A DNA stretch of 64,000 nucleotides from Octopus vulgaris (lineage: Eukaryota), in NCBI GenBank assembly GCA_951406725.2, contig OX597823.1, positions 101,122,001-101,186,000 on the forward strand, given 5' to 3'. Positions 13,731 through 29,520 of this stretch are shown here, in pieces. The first letter of the stretch is position 1. Each line of letters starts with the position of its first letter. A program made the translations under genes and the position numbers. Below the pieces are notes generated by a model. It saw only the letters and a list, made by a program, of their open reading frames with translations, made no database searches and was not told where the DNA came from.

Positions 13731-14162
13731 GATTAAAGGTAAAACCTAGATACACCGGATCTTTATTCAATTGGGATTTTCGCTCAGAAACCTCACGTTC
13801 TTAAAATATATTTCTGTAGGAGATGATTAATCAGCGAAGTCTCAAGTAAATGCTATTATACATAGGTAGGGCAACTAGGAAGAGAGTGAGAGTGGGGGGG
13901 GGGGGGGGAGAAAGAGAGGGAGAGAGGAGGAGAGAAAGAGAGGGTGAAGAAAGAGAGGGAGGGAGAGGGTAAGAAAATTTAAGATGCTTATCTGATTAGT
14001 CATTTGATTGTAATATATGCTGATTCTCTGAGTGTTTGCTGAATATGCATATTTTAATGATAATTCGGTAAATGTCGTTTATGTCCTCATATCCTCAAAT
14101 TCTATTCTCGGAAATATATTTAATTAATGATCTTGATAATGCGTTGTCAATGTAGTGAGATA

Positions 14163-14253
<91 letters not shown>

Positions 14254-14469
14254 CAGACAGAGAGATAAATATATGGACAGAAAGAGAGCGAGAGAGTTGA
14301 GGAAGGAGAAAGAATGTAAATTAACATGGTCACAAAATTATAGCTTTATTAAACGTTTGAAATATGAATATAAATACGGTTGTAGCGATATCATTAACAT
14401 CTGCTATCATCAGTCAACACTACAATTATAACCACCACCAACATCGCTATCATAGTTACACTACCGAAA

Positions 14470-14672
14470 CCTATTTCTTTACTACCCACAAGGGGCTAAA
14501 CACAGAGAGGACAAACAAAGACAGACAAACGGATTAAGTCGATTACATCGACCCCAGTGCGAAACTGGTACTTAATTTATCGATCCCGAAAGAATGAAAG
14601 GCAAAGTTGACCTCGGCGGAATTTGAACTCGGAACGTAACGGCAGACAAAATACGGCTACGCATTTCGCCCG
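14470..14672 (-). mobile_element. tRNA-derived SINE with Nin/Deu-like domain
   Basis: Reverse complement: GAGTTCAAATTCCGCCGAGGTCAACTTTGCCTTTCATTCTTTCGGGATCGATAAATTAAGTACC. Confidence 0.65.
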
Positions 14673-14736
14673 TCTCCAAATAGAATCTGTTCGATCAGGC
14701 TTATATAACTAAACAACAACAGCACCACCACCAACA

Positions 14737-16373
<1,637 letters not shown>

Positions 16374-16600
16374 TGCTCTGATGCAATACCAGGCAGTGGC
16401 TCTCATGGCTTCTGATCTTAACTGATTGGAAGCCACGTGAGAGCATCTTTCTAACGACTGACAAGGGAGACAAGCTCTTTCCCTACGGCAAGGAAGATGG
16501 AGTCATAACGCTGAATGCTGGTGCTCACTACCACCCTCGTCACTTTAGTAATGACCATACCTGTTGCCTTTCGGTTGTAAATTGCGAATAGCCACCTTAA

Positions 16601-16645
<45 letters not shown>

Positions 16646-16931
16646 CCTGCTCGCTTAGCCAGCGGGGTGGCGTCGTACGAAAGCTAAAAAACAATGCGAA
16701 CGCATTGTGACCAGCGATGTGTAGCAACATTTGATGGTCTGGTCAGTCCAAAAAAAAAAAAAATATATATATATATATTTATACACATACATACATACAT
16801 ACATACATACATACATACATACATCCATACATACATACATACATACATACATACATACATCCATCCATCCATACATACATACATACATACATACATACAT
16901 ACATACATACATACATACATACATACATACA

Positions 16932-17133
16932 ATTAATCCAAACATGAACAAAGAGGAAACACAACAATGCGAGGACTTGGAACAAGTATAGTGTTATTGG
17001 ACGCTCAGGAAAGGAAAGAAAGAAGGAGGATTTAATGTTTCGAGCGGAGCTCTTCATCAGAAACATAGGAAAAGGAAAGATCCAGAGAAGGGAAGACAGA
17101 GGAAAAATCGCCAACGGTACACACGCGTTCACA
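16932..17133 (-). mobile_element. ~200 bp hammerhead-containing repeat (PLE pLTR/retrozyme-like), copy 1
   Basis: Near-identical to 17156-17365 and 40104-40311; minus strand gttt-CTGATGA-a-gagc-tcc-gctc-GAAA-ca-TT-aaat. Confidence 0.7.
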
Positions 17134-17155
17134 GTATACATATATATTTATATAA

Positions 17156-17365
17156 AGTTAATCCAAACATGAAAGCACAAAAAAACACAACAACGCGAGG
17201 ACGTGGAACAAATATAGTATTATTGGACGCTCAGGAAAGAAGGAAAGAAGGAGGCTTTAACGTTTCGAGCGGAGCTCTTCGTCGGAAACATAGGAGAAGG
17301 AAAGATCCAGAGAAGGGAAGACAGAGGAAAAAAATCGCCAGCGGTACACACGCGGTCACATTTTG
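17156..17365 (-). mobile_element. ~200 bp hammerhead-containing repeat, copy 2 (tandem with copy 1)
   Basis: Core reads CCGACGA...GAAACGTT (palindromic stem III, U4 mutated); flanked by TA runs. Confidence 0.7.
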
Positions 17366-17606
17366 AAATATATATATACGAAACCGCGGTATGCTTGAAT
17401 CTCTTCAATAATCTCATAATAATGATTTTTATGACGTTTATTACTTTTATTCCTACCTCAGTTCATCTAATTGTATGTATCTGTCGTTACCTTTCATAAA
17501 AAGCCTTTTCTTTTTTTTATTTACAATGTGCATTTTCGTTGATTTTTCTCACGTGTAGTTTCTATTTTTTTGTAACATATTTCAACTATATATATGTATA
17601 TATATA

Positions 17607-18447
17607 TCTTTATATATATAAAACTGAGAATGTGTGTCTGTCTGTCTGTCTACCCGTGTGTTTTCCTAAAACTTGAGAACTACACAACCAATTTCATTCA
17701 AATTTTACACATGTCTTACTTAGGATCCGGGGAGTGTCATCGGCAAAAATTTTTTAACTTTTTGCCTAGGGCGAGCCCACAGCAATATCATATCTTCTCC
17801 ACTACGATTCCCTAAAACTTGAGAACTACACAACCAATTTCATTCAAATTTGACACATGCCTTACTTAGGGTCCATGTAGTTTCATGGGCAAAAAAAAAA
17901 TGTTCAACTTCTTGCCTAGAGCGAGCCCATAGCAATATCATATCTTCTCCACTATTTCAGTATTACGTGTTAAAAGTGAAACAAAAATATTTCTCTATTT
18001 TATGTCAGATAATTGAATTATATGTAGTAAGTAATAATTAAAATCAAACTAAAGTATAATATAACAAAAGTAAAAATAGCAATTGGTATAAAATTGCATC
18101 AATGATTTGAACTTGAATAAGTGATTTCACATGAATGGGAATAAATTAAAAATAAAATTAGCGTGCAGAAATGGAATAGTCCAGATGGATAATAAAAAAT
18201 TAAATTAAAGAAAAGACTATTGTCTATAAAGTATACAATGAAGAGAAAAAAGAAGAGCTAACAATTCCAGTTTGTTATATATTTTGAGTATTGTTATCAC
18301 TAGCGATATCAAGATACAACTTTGTATTTTGCATTTTGTGTGTAGATGTATATATATATAGATGTACATGTAATATGTACACATATATATACACATATAT
18401 ACATGCACTAGCACTATGACCCGGCAACGACGGGTCTTTAATGCTAG
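17607..18447 (+). mobile_element. Non-autonomous Helitron-like element
   Basis: 5' A^TC-TTTATATATATAAAA followed by (GTCT)n; 3' hairpin GACCCG-GCAACGA-CGGGTC then CTAG^T; internal ~145 bp direct repeat (17665-17955). Confidence 0.7.
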
Positions 18448-18566
18448 TATATATATATATATATATATAATTTCAACAATTGAGGGTAAAATTAATTAAT
18501 TATTAATCAATTTCACCAAGTGTTCAGTATGCAAAGGGACCATTTAAGGCGAATTCAAATTATTAC

Positions 18567-18879
<313 letters not shown>

Positions 18880-19419
18880 GCTGTGCACGCGTGCATGTCT
18901 GTCTGTCTGTATATATATATATGTATGTATGTATCTATCTATATAGCTAGCTTTATGTATACACGTTTGAAAAGGTTTTATGGTTTTTTAGCTTCGATGT
19001 AGAACTTGTTTTACATATGACTTAATCTTCAACCCTCCGTTTGAAAGTGAGACAGATTACATCTTGCAAGATTCGTTCTGGCCATTTAAGAACACCTAAT
19101 AACTGTTTTTATTCAATTTTCATTCATTTGTTAACAGTGAACACCATTATGAAGTGTGAAAAAATTTCTTTGCGCTACTGCGACCAGGTCACTGGAACCA
19201 TTTCACTTTCTTTCTTTCTTTCTTTCCTTTTCTTTCTTTCTTTCTTTCTTTCTTTGTTTCTTTCTTAGTTGACTTTTAGGACCAGCTGTTGTTTAAAACA
19301 CTAGTGACAGATATTATTCAAGTTTCTTCTATATCTTTACCCTTTGGAATCTGATTTTGAAGGAATGTTTTTGTAAACTAGCATAGGTATTTTCATTCCA
19401 GATATTGTCTTACAATTTT

Positions 19420-21700
19420 TTTGACATATGACACAAGTCGTAAGAGGTTGTTGGTGTCCAAGATCATTTCATGTGACTTCACATGGTTTACGTATCCTGC
19501 TTTTGACAACAGAACACAATTACATATAATACATACCTAATGTTCACTGTTCTAATTGTTCCTTAGCGACAGGTCCGTTAAGTTCAGAGTGCTCAATCAT
19601 CTTTTCGTCCCATACATTACAATCAGTCCTAACAGCACCTCTCCACTTGTTCCGATCTAGAGCATCATTTTCCTAATAATTTTTGTTCATATCTATTTGC
19701 TTCAGGTTTTCCTTCACACAGTCTTTATACCTTTTCCTCGGCTTATGTTGTGGTCGCTTACCAGAGTTAGGCTCACAATAAAAAAGACGTTTTGGCAAAC
19801 GCTCGTTTTTCATTCTAATAACATGTCCAGTCCATCTCCTTTGAACCAAGATAACATGTTGTTCAATTGAGCTGCAACGTGCCATGCGCAAAACCTCTGT
19901 ACCTAGTATGAAACATACCCACATGACTCCTAAGATACGTCAGAGGTATTTCTGATGAAATGTTTCTGCTTGTAAGTGGTCCATGTCTCACATGAATAAA
20001 AAAGTGCAGACAATGAATACGCTTTATAGACACTGATTTTTGTCTGCAGGGAAATACCTCTATCCGCCCATACTCGCTTTTCGAGCTTTCCAAATGCAAT
20101 ATTTCCCTTCCTTATTCGATAGTATATCTCTGTATCAAGACCACAATCTCTAGGTAAGCAAAGGTGTCAGAGACTTCTAACCTTGTTCCATTCACAAAAT
20201 GTTTGGTTCAGAATAAGTTTGTCCTGGCATGGGAGTAAACATTACTTTGATTTCCCCCCAACTAACTGTGTGTCCGAAATGTTCACATGCAGTGTACATT
20301 AAAAATGTTGCATATCCCCCTCTGAGTGTGCCAACAAATCAGCATCATCAGCAGAAAGTAATTCTCTAACAAGTATTTTGAAAGTCTTTGCTTTGTAGTT
20401 AAACTGGGTCAAATTAAAAGTACGACCAGATGTCCGAAATCTGGTTCCGGTTCCCCTGTTGCAATCCTTGAAAGCACACCAAAGCAATGCAGTAAAATAA
20501 ATAGAGAAAAGTGCAGGGGCAGGAATATCTCCCTGTTTGACACCATTGTCAACCGAAAATTCATGAGATAGCTCACCATTAAAGACTACCTGAGATTTCA
20601 TATTTCTATGTAGTTCCCACAAAATCTGTTGGACAACCAAGTTTACACAAAATAATCAACAATGCCTCTGTTAACCGTGTCACATGCCTTAGTTAAATCT
20701 ATGAAGACCTGCTATAGTGGCATTTGTTCCTCTACGCATTTATCTTGAACCTGCCTCACAGAACATATGTCCATTGTTCCTCGCTCAGGTCTGAAACCAC
20801 ACTGTTCTTCAGGAATCACAAGTGGACACACATTCTCAGCAAGACGATCTAACATGATCCTCGAAAGTATCTTCCCGGTACGTGCCAGAAAAGTTATCTC
20901 TCTAGAATTACCACACACTGCTTTCGGGCCCCTTACCCTTGTATACAGAGATTAAAATGCCATTTATCCATTCTTATGGCACAGAAGATTCATTCCAAAC
21001 TCGTGTTATCAGGTTATGATTTTCAGATGAAATATGATCCCCACCTGCTTTCAGAATTTCAACTGGAATACTATCCAATCCAGGAGCTTTACCTGATCTC
21101 AGTTTATATAATGTCAGATTTACTTGTTCAATGGAAGGTGCATCATTGATATGTTGCACCTCTTTGCATAATGTTGTTTATGATATCCATGTTCACTACT
21201 GACGGATTGTTATCTCCATCTATTCATTATTCCCAGAGGATCTTTAATAACCCCATCTCCATCTTTCGACTTCAAGGGAACATACAATGATGAAGATTGC
21301 AGTCCAAAAGCTTGTCACAATAAACTATAAAAACTCTTAATGTCTTTCCTGTCATAAGCTGCCTGTACTTCCTCAGACAAATTTCTCCACCAAGTGTTTT
21401 TAAGTTTCCTGAGTTCTTTTTGCAAGTTTGCTTTTTGAGACTTGTACAACTTTTCTAGCTGCATTTTGTTCTTAACGTTTAGGTCAAGAAGCTTTTCACG
21501 AGTGGATCTCTTTGTTTGCTAAAAGCTTATTTATCACTGTATCATTGGAATCAAACCAGTCTCAGTGTTGCCTCCTCTTAAAACTTAATACCTCTGATCC
21601 CATTTTTTATATATTCCATTACGGAAAGATTGCCATGAACCTTCAAAGTGAACATCGCTGCATCTCTTCTGAAAGAACTGCAAAACTTGTTCTTTTAGCT
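19420..21700 (-). mobile_element. Degenerate RTE-clade LINE (RT domain)
   Basis: KAPGLDSIPVEILK, EEQCGFRPERGT, GVKQGDIPAPALF, LSADDADL and RWTGHVIRM..ERLPKRLFY spread over several frames. Confidence 0.85.
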
Positions 21701-21704
21701 GCTC

Positions 21705-21772
<68 letters not shown>

Positions 21773-21775
21773 CAC

Positions 21776-21806
<31 letters not shown>

Positions 21807-21828
21807 TGTATGTATGTATGTATGTATG

Positions 21829-21884
<56 letters not shown>

Positions 21885-21891
21885 TACATAC

Positions 21892-22965
21892 ATAATCAAA
21901 ATAAGCAACAAGAATGATTCCGGTAATTTGGAACGATCGTTTCGTACCTAACTAATTTTTACCTAACTAATTAACTTTTATCCGCAGGTAGTAAATTTTA
22001 TTCCCAATAGATCCTATTTTTTAATTCATTAATATCAACTCACCATCCATGAAATTTGAATAATTTACTCTTCTAAACCACCTCCCCTCATATTATAAAA
22101 TATCACATTCTACTAAATCTTTGAATATCTTCTTTCTTTGATTTTCCCTCTTCCATCTTTCTTAGTATATATTTTGACCCATAATAGGTTCACTTGATTA
22201 ATAAGGCTTTTCCCCCAGTTAATAAGTACTATGCCTAAATGATAGTCTTTTTCTCCAAATTGAATAAATTTTAGATTTATATTTTTTCCTTTATTCTAAC
22301 GTGTCAAAGTACTTGGAACTTATTGACCAACTGTTGTGATGATGTGCATAGGGTTTGTAAGGTCTCTGCATTCTCTGTGAATATTATTGTGACCACTTGA
22401 CATTGACCTAGTTCTCCTAACGCCGAATCTGTTCATCAAATAGTAGTAATTGGCATTTAGTAGTGACAATGGTGTCTTCTACATAAATTCCTTATATGGA
22501 GCTCCGAAATCCCCTTTACCCCATTTCTATAATTAGAAAATCTTTATTGTCTCCTTCCACTTATTCTTCCCTCTCAGAACCTTACAGGAGTCTGGAACAA
22601 CCAAATCTTAGTCAGTCAGTTGATGGGTTCCACTACCTCAGACGTTCTTAAAATTTAAATCCACATCTTTGTCTATATATATACCTTCTCTATAATGTTG
22701 CCACTTGATATGAACATTTTTGTATTAATGGAAAACCTCTATAATTGGCTGATGAGTGCTCAGCATTTTAAAACTGTTGTAATACTTACAACATTTAATA
22801 AAATGATGTAGTACGAAACGATCGTACCAAATTACCGGAATCATTCTTGTTGCTTATTTTGATTATAATCACCCCACGGATTTTTATGGATAACACCATA
22901 CAGAATTCTGGTGCATCTAAATTAAGTACCATATTAATTTGAATCTAAATTTTTGATGAACTTAT
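21892..22965 (+). mobile_element. PLE-derived insert between TA-rich microsatellites, with inverted terminal segment and hammerhead
   Basis: 56 bp inverted repeat 21892-21947 / 22811-22866; hammerhead at 22745-22830; no intact ORF. Confidence 0.55.
22745..22830 (+). ncRNA. Type I hammerhead ribozyme with long stem II
   Basis: ttgg-CTGATGA-gtgct..catttta..tgttgtaa-tac-ttacaaca..taaaatg..agtac-GAAA-cgatcg-TA-ccaa. Confidence 0.75.
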
Positions 22966-23005
22966 ATATACATACATATATATATATACATACATACATA
23001 CATAT

Positions 23006-23094
<89 letters not shown>

Positions 23095-23197
23095 CAAATT
23101 CAAAAATGCGTATGGCATACATGTCAATACCTAGATTAATGTTTGTTTTTATGTTCAGCTAAGCCATTGTCCGACGATGATTTAGTTGACCAAAACT

Positions 23198-23276
<79 letters not shown>

Positions 23277-23295
23277 CTGTATCTCTGTATCTCTG

Positions 23296-23368
<73 letters not shown>

Positions 23369-23649
23369 GTCTATCTTTATGATGTATATATGTGAATATA
23401 TATATGTGTATATTTATGTACATACACACATGCAAACACGCGCACACGCATATAACAAATATAGTTTGATTGTTCGTTTGCAGTATAAAGAGATGGCAGA
23501 GCACTCAATGTAAATGCTAAGTATAATGTACAAGTCTATAGTAATTTTTCATCGCAGTTACATCAAATTTCTTGACTTGGCGGGGGTGGGAGTTCACTCT
23601 TCAGACCACATCCATTTACTTCACAAGTTTTCCAGACTAATAATGGAAC

Positions 23650-24645
23650 GCTGCTTATCACATTTGGAACGGTGCTACTGCTGCATACACAGAAATCCAA
23701 TATCTACAAAGGAGTACTGGATTCTCATTTGGATCGGTGCGGGCGTTGGAGCTGCGGTTACACGTACAGACATTCTGGACCCGCAACAAAGTTACTGCTC
23801 CAACGTCTGACACGCTATTTCTGTTGCTACACACGCAGACATCCTTTACCACATTGTAGCTATAGAAACAGGCATTGTAGCTATAGAAACAGGCATCTAA
23901 GTTTTCGCTGCTACTACAATCACTGACATTTTCGTATAGATCGCTGGTACACACGAAGATCCTTGATCGAGTTGATGTTGCGTTTCGTGCTACTACTGCT
24001 GCACATTTAGGCAATGATTTTGTTGCTTATAAAAAACATCCAAACTAAGTTATTGCCACAGATACAAGCATCCGAGACCGTGTTACTAGTCTTATACTCA
24101 GGCACACCCGAGACTCTATTAGTTACTATAGGCATGGACGCATTCTAGACTACTGTTGCTATACATTCTGTCGTACAAGACTAATGCTGCTACACACATG
24201 GATACTCTGGACTGTTGATACTGTTGCGCACAGTTGCTACATTCTCGGACGCACCAGATACTACTGCTGCTACATACACAAACGGACAATCTGGACTGTT
24301 GCTACGTGCAGCTGCTACATACACGGACACCCAAGATTGTGCTGCTGCTACACGTATGGACATCCTAAACGGTGATTATGACAGACTAGATTTCCTAGAG
24401 CGAGCTGTTGCTGTATATAAATCCGAGACCGTGTTGCTGCTACGGACACTGACATTTAAACAATGATTCTTTGATATATACAATCATCCGAGACCGGGTT
24501 ACTACTTCAAATACATCAGAGACCATACTGTCCGTTTTGCACACATGGACAGCTCAGGCTCTATTGGTTACTATGACACTTACAGACAACCTATACTGCG
24601 CTGTTACTACACACACGGTCATCCTAGTCTATACTACTGCTACAC
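23650..24645. repeat. Degenerate ~30-36 bp tandem repeat
   Basis: Recurrent (T/G)GCTGCTACACAC..GGACA(T/C)CC...GAC units. Confidence 0.5.
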
Positions 24646-24756
24646 ACACACACACACACATACATACATATATGCATACATTCATGTATGTATGTATGTA
24701 TGTATGTATGTATGTTTATATGTATGTATGTATGTATATATATGTATGTATGTTTG

Positions 24757-24825
<69 letters not shown>

Positions 24826-25027
24826 TCCTTTTGGTGAGAAACACTGGCTTTCGAAGAACATTAAGCTGTAAGTAATAGCGTGTAAATATTGGGTTGAAGA
24901 ACCCTTTGGATTTTTACACACTATTATTTATAGCTTTATGGGATTCGAGATCCACTGTTCCAAAAAAGGATTAGTTAGCGTTTTCTCGAAGTTTATAAAT
25001 TATTGTAACCTTAACTCTTTCTCTCAC

Positions 25028-25110
<83 letters not shown>

Positions 25111-25134
25111 CACACATACACACATACACAAATA

Positions 25135-26352
25135 CAGAGGTTGGACAAAATAATGGAAACATCTAGCATCATAGCATCATAATTTTGAAATATCTATAAA
25201 ACCGTCAAAAGCTTGTTTAATTTATGTTTTTTGATTTACTATCAGTGCTGTTTAATATGTTTTGCTAAAATTGCTGTTTCTTTTCAGATATCATAAGTAA
25301 AAAGGTAATTAAAATTCATTAAAATTACGGATCTATCGGACTTTCAAAGAGGTCAAATTGTTGGTGCTCGTAAAGCAGACGCTAGCGTATCGAAAACAGC
25401 CGAAGTGTTTGGTGTATCAAGAAGTACTGTCTTGAAAATAATGACAGCCTTTGAGAAAGAGGGGAAAATTTCCTTGTCAAAACAAAACTCCGGAAAAAAA
25501 TCAAAACTTTCAGATAGGGACCGTCGGTCTCTTACGCGTATTGTTAGAAAGGATCACAAAATTACAGTTCCCAAAATTACTGCAGAGCTTAATGACCACC
25601 TCGAGAACCCAGTTTCCACAAAAATTGTTCGCTGGGAGCTGCACAAAGCCGGATTTCTCACGGGAGGGCTGCAATCAGAAAACCACAACTTTCAAAAACA
25701 AACGTTGCAAAACGTTTAGAGTTGAGTAAAAACCTTCAGAATTGGTCCCTAGAGCAGTGGAAGAATGTTATTTTCTCAGACAAGTCATCCTCTACCTTAT
25801 TTCCGACCACCGTCTGAGTATAGTGTGGAGACAGCCAAAAGAAGCATTTGATCCAGACTGCCTTCTTCCAACTGTTAAACATGAAGGGTGATGTGTGATG
25901 ATCTGGGTGGGTGGGTGGGTGGGGGCTATATCTTAGAAATCCGCCGGCCCAATGGTTTCCCTTCATGGCGGAATTAATAGTCAAGACTATTTAAGCATTT
26001 TAACTGATCAAATTCATCCTATGGTTGCGGAACTGTTTCTGAAGAGAAACGCAATCTTTCAGAATGATAATGCACCAATTCACACAGCTAAAGTTGTTAC
26101 TGAATGGCACAAGAAACATTCTAGTGAAGTTGAACATCTTACCTGGCTACCACAGTCCCCAGATCTCAATATTATTGAAAATTTATGGTTCATTTTAGAA
26201 AAAAAACAATTATCACTACAAGAACCGGAGACTGTTTTAGCTGAAGAATGGCCAAAAATTCCTTTGGAAACAATTGTAAGTTTGTACAAGTCCACACCTC
26301 GTAGAATTCAAGCTGTAATTACTACCGAATGCGGTCCTACTCCATATTAAAT
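25135..26352 (+). mobile_element. Tc1-family DNA transposon, degenerate, right end missing
   Basis: TA + CAGAGGTTGGACAAAATAATGGAAAC left end; HTH region (FGVSRSTV..KLSDRDRR); FSD, FQNDNAPIH and SPDLNIIENLW (DD34E). Confidence 0.9.
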
Positions 26353-26359
26353 TCAATTT

Positions 26360-26485
26360 GACTTCAGAGCACCAATTAGCTGGTAGCGGAGGGCTTGGAA
26401 TTTGCCTGCATTAAATTGCATGTCGTTGTCCTCAGCCCATTTATATAAGGCATCCAGGTCTTTCTGTAGAAGTTCAGCATACCAA
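26360..26485 (-). mobile_element. Short CR1/L2-like RT fragment
   Basis: LQKDLDALYKWAEDNDMQFNAGKFQALRY. Confidence 0.6.
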
Positions 26486-26940
26486 TAAATTGTTGACACA
26501 CAACGAAGTATTGTTTCCATATCCATGACAGAGGTATTGCTACAACACACAGCCATCCGTGAACGCATCCAAAGAACGACCATTCTACCTCTAACTCACA
26601 GACGTATTGTTTCCTGTCCCTACTTTTTCCACCGCTACTCTTGTAGCCTCTGCTCCTCGAAATGGCTGGTCTCGCGCCACTTCCATGTAGATACTCCCGA
26701 CCCACTCGTTTCTCCTTGTCTCGCCATTACACCCTGTCCTTCTTCCTTAGAAAGTGATTCCTTTGGAGTTGTCCCGTTCTGCTCATGCTTTTCGCTTAGC
26801 AGTCGTCGACTTGCAACTGTTCATGGGAAGCATTAAGCACGTCGAACTCATTGGTCTCGGAGAGGCTACGACCGAAGGCCACGGGTACAATCCCTTCCTC
26901 CAAAATAATGTAATTGTATATTCCATACAGAACAATTTAT

Positions 26941-27027
26941 GCAGGCGCAGGCGTGGCTGTATATTTAAGATGCTTGCTTCGTAACCACATAGTTCAGAAA
27001 CCCGTCATGTATGTGTGTACGTCTCTA

Positions 27028-27063
<36 letters not shown>

Positions 27064-27193
27064 TGTATGTATGTATGTATGTATGTATGTATGTATGTAT
27101 GCGTATGTATGTGTGTGTGTGTATGTATGTATGCATATATGTATGTATGTATATATGTATGTATGTATGCATGCATGTATGTATGTGTATATG

Positions 27194-27236
<43 letters not shown>

Positions 27237-28262
27237 ACATGTGTGTGTGAAGGGAGAGAGAGAGAGAGAGAGAGAGAAAGAGGGAGAAAGATAGAAAGAG
27301 AATTAGTATGTCTGTGTTTGTCTTCCACAGCTCGATAAAGTTGGTTTGTTTACGTCTCTGTAACTTAGCGATTCGACAAAATGAACCGATAAAATAAATA
27401 CCATGTGAGACATGGACCCTTTACAAACGTAACGTAAAGGTCCTTGAACACTTCTGTCAGAGATGTCTGAGACTCATTCTGAATATTGGCTGGACCTTAA
27501 AAGCCCACATATACCAATCTTGAGGAAAGCCGATATCCTGTGTATTGAGGCGATGGTGCAGGATGCTATATGAGGAACTTGTTAGTGGAAAGCGACCCCG
27601 GCAGAAGCCAAGACTGCGATTTAAGGAGTGTGTAAAGTCCTCATTAAAGACTTGTGAAAATGTAGGAAGCTGATTGGGATAGCAATACTTGTCATCGCCA
27701 CGGAGTCGATACCTTTGAAAGAGCGAGTCGGTACCTTTGAAAGAGGGAGTCGATACCTTTGAAAAAGCACATATTCTTCATGAAAAATTTAATCTTGCTG
27801 CTCGAAAACGCTAGTGTAATGAATGGGGAAAGCTTGGTCTGCAATGTTTGCAGTCGTGTATGTTTGTCAAGAGCAGGGCTCATTAGTCACCAACGGAACC
27901 ACAAGTGTAAAGTATAAGTTAGTCTTGAGCGCACAATGTTCCTAAAGGTCAGTAATGGTTTTCGTCGGTCACGAGTGGACGGTTATCATGCATGTATGTA
28001 TGTACATGATTGTGTGTATGTGTAAGGGGGTAGAGAGAGAGAGAGAGGGATAGTGAGACAGAAAGAGAAAGAGTACGTCTGTGTTTGTTTATCACAACTC
28101 GATAATGCTGGTTTGTTTACGTCCCTGTAACTCAGCGATTTGACGAATAAATAAATACCAGATTTAGAAATAAGTGGAGGGATTGATTTTATCAATTAAA
28201 ACCCTCCAAAGCGGTGCTTCTTTATGGTGGCACTTCAATAACCGAAGCAAGTAAACGAATAA
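26941..28262 (+). mobile_element. Degenerate SINE (same family as 50930-51336) containing microsatellites and an inserted RTE 3' fragment (~27400-27985)
   Basis: Head GGCGCAGGCGTGGCTGT..TAAGATGCTTGCT..AACCACATAGTTC; SINE body segments on both sides; the RTE piece encodes CNVCSRVCLSRAGLISHQRNH. Confidence 0.55.
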
Positions 28263-28354
28263 AACTATGTATGTATATTTGCCTGTTTGTTTGTGTATGT
28301 ATATACACAAGTACATACAAAATATACGTATATATATATACGTATATATATATG

Positions 28355-28400
<46 letters not shown>

Positions 28401-28426
28401 TGTATGTATGTATGTATGTATGTATG

Positions 28427-28477
<51 letters not shown>

Positions 28478-28494
28478 AGTATGTATATATGTAT

Positions 28495-29139
28495 ATCAAC
28501 TCTGTTATCCACCACCTTCCAACAAATATCACTACTACAATATCACCACGACTACAACCAAAACAATCACGCTTACTTCTCACCATCGTTATCACCACCA
28601 CCACCATCACCACCACCACCAACGACAACACCACCACAAACATTACACCACCACCGACAACACACATTAACTACTACTTACTATACCATCACTATCTCAA
28701 CTACAGCCAGTACTGTCCCAACCACTATCACCACCATTACCGCCACCGCCACCACCACTCCAACACTACATATCTCTACCACACCTAAACACATCTAATG
28801 TTTTAACAACTACTATCATCACCGCAGTATTACCACTATCACTACCACCTTAATCCACCCACCCAATCACCACTACTGCCACTATCACTGCTCTGCTACT
28901 ACCATAGTATATACCACTGCCATCACCATTACCACATTAACCGCTACTGTGTCACTACCACTATTACGATACCTCCTATACTGGTCCAGTAATAGCCAGT
29001 GACAAAGGCCAATCTGGTCTCCATAGTGCAGACCATCCAACTCGTCTATCTTTACCATTGCATCTACAATTGCCTCTCATTGCTATGGTAACAAATTAAA
29101 ACAAACGGATTCTCAAGCACAGTATTTCTTCTGTCTGTC

Positions 29140-29179
<40 letters not shown>

Positions 29180-29520
29180 GTCTCTGTCTCATTCTCCTAG
29201 CAACTATAACTCTTCCTACTTCCTCCACTCCGACTCCTGCCGTTGTCATCCATCACCACCACCATCATCATAATGATCACGTTGCTATGAATGTTATTGT
29301 CACTACACCCATCATCATCATCATCGTCATACTACGCTGAACCTACCTCTATATCACAGCCACTAAAACCATCATCACCCCCTCCTCCTCCATCACACTA
29401 CCCCCACCACCATCATCACAACCACCATCATCATCATCGTCGTTGTCGTCGTCGTCGTCATCCTCCTCCTCCTCCTCCTCCTCCTCCTCATCATCATCAT
29501 CATCATCACGTCTTCCGCCA
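28495..29520. repeat. (CAC/CAT/TAC)n trinucleotide low-complexity region
   Basis: Direct reading; produces poly-T/H/P ORFs. Confidence 0.85.

Noticed and set aside
27701-27765. 22-bp unit repeated three times
   Set aside because: Ordinary slippage duplication within an RTE fragment.
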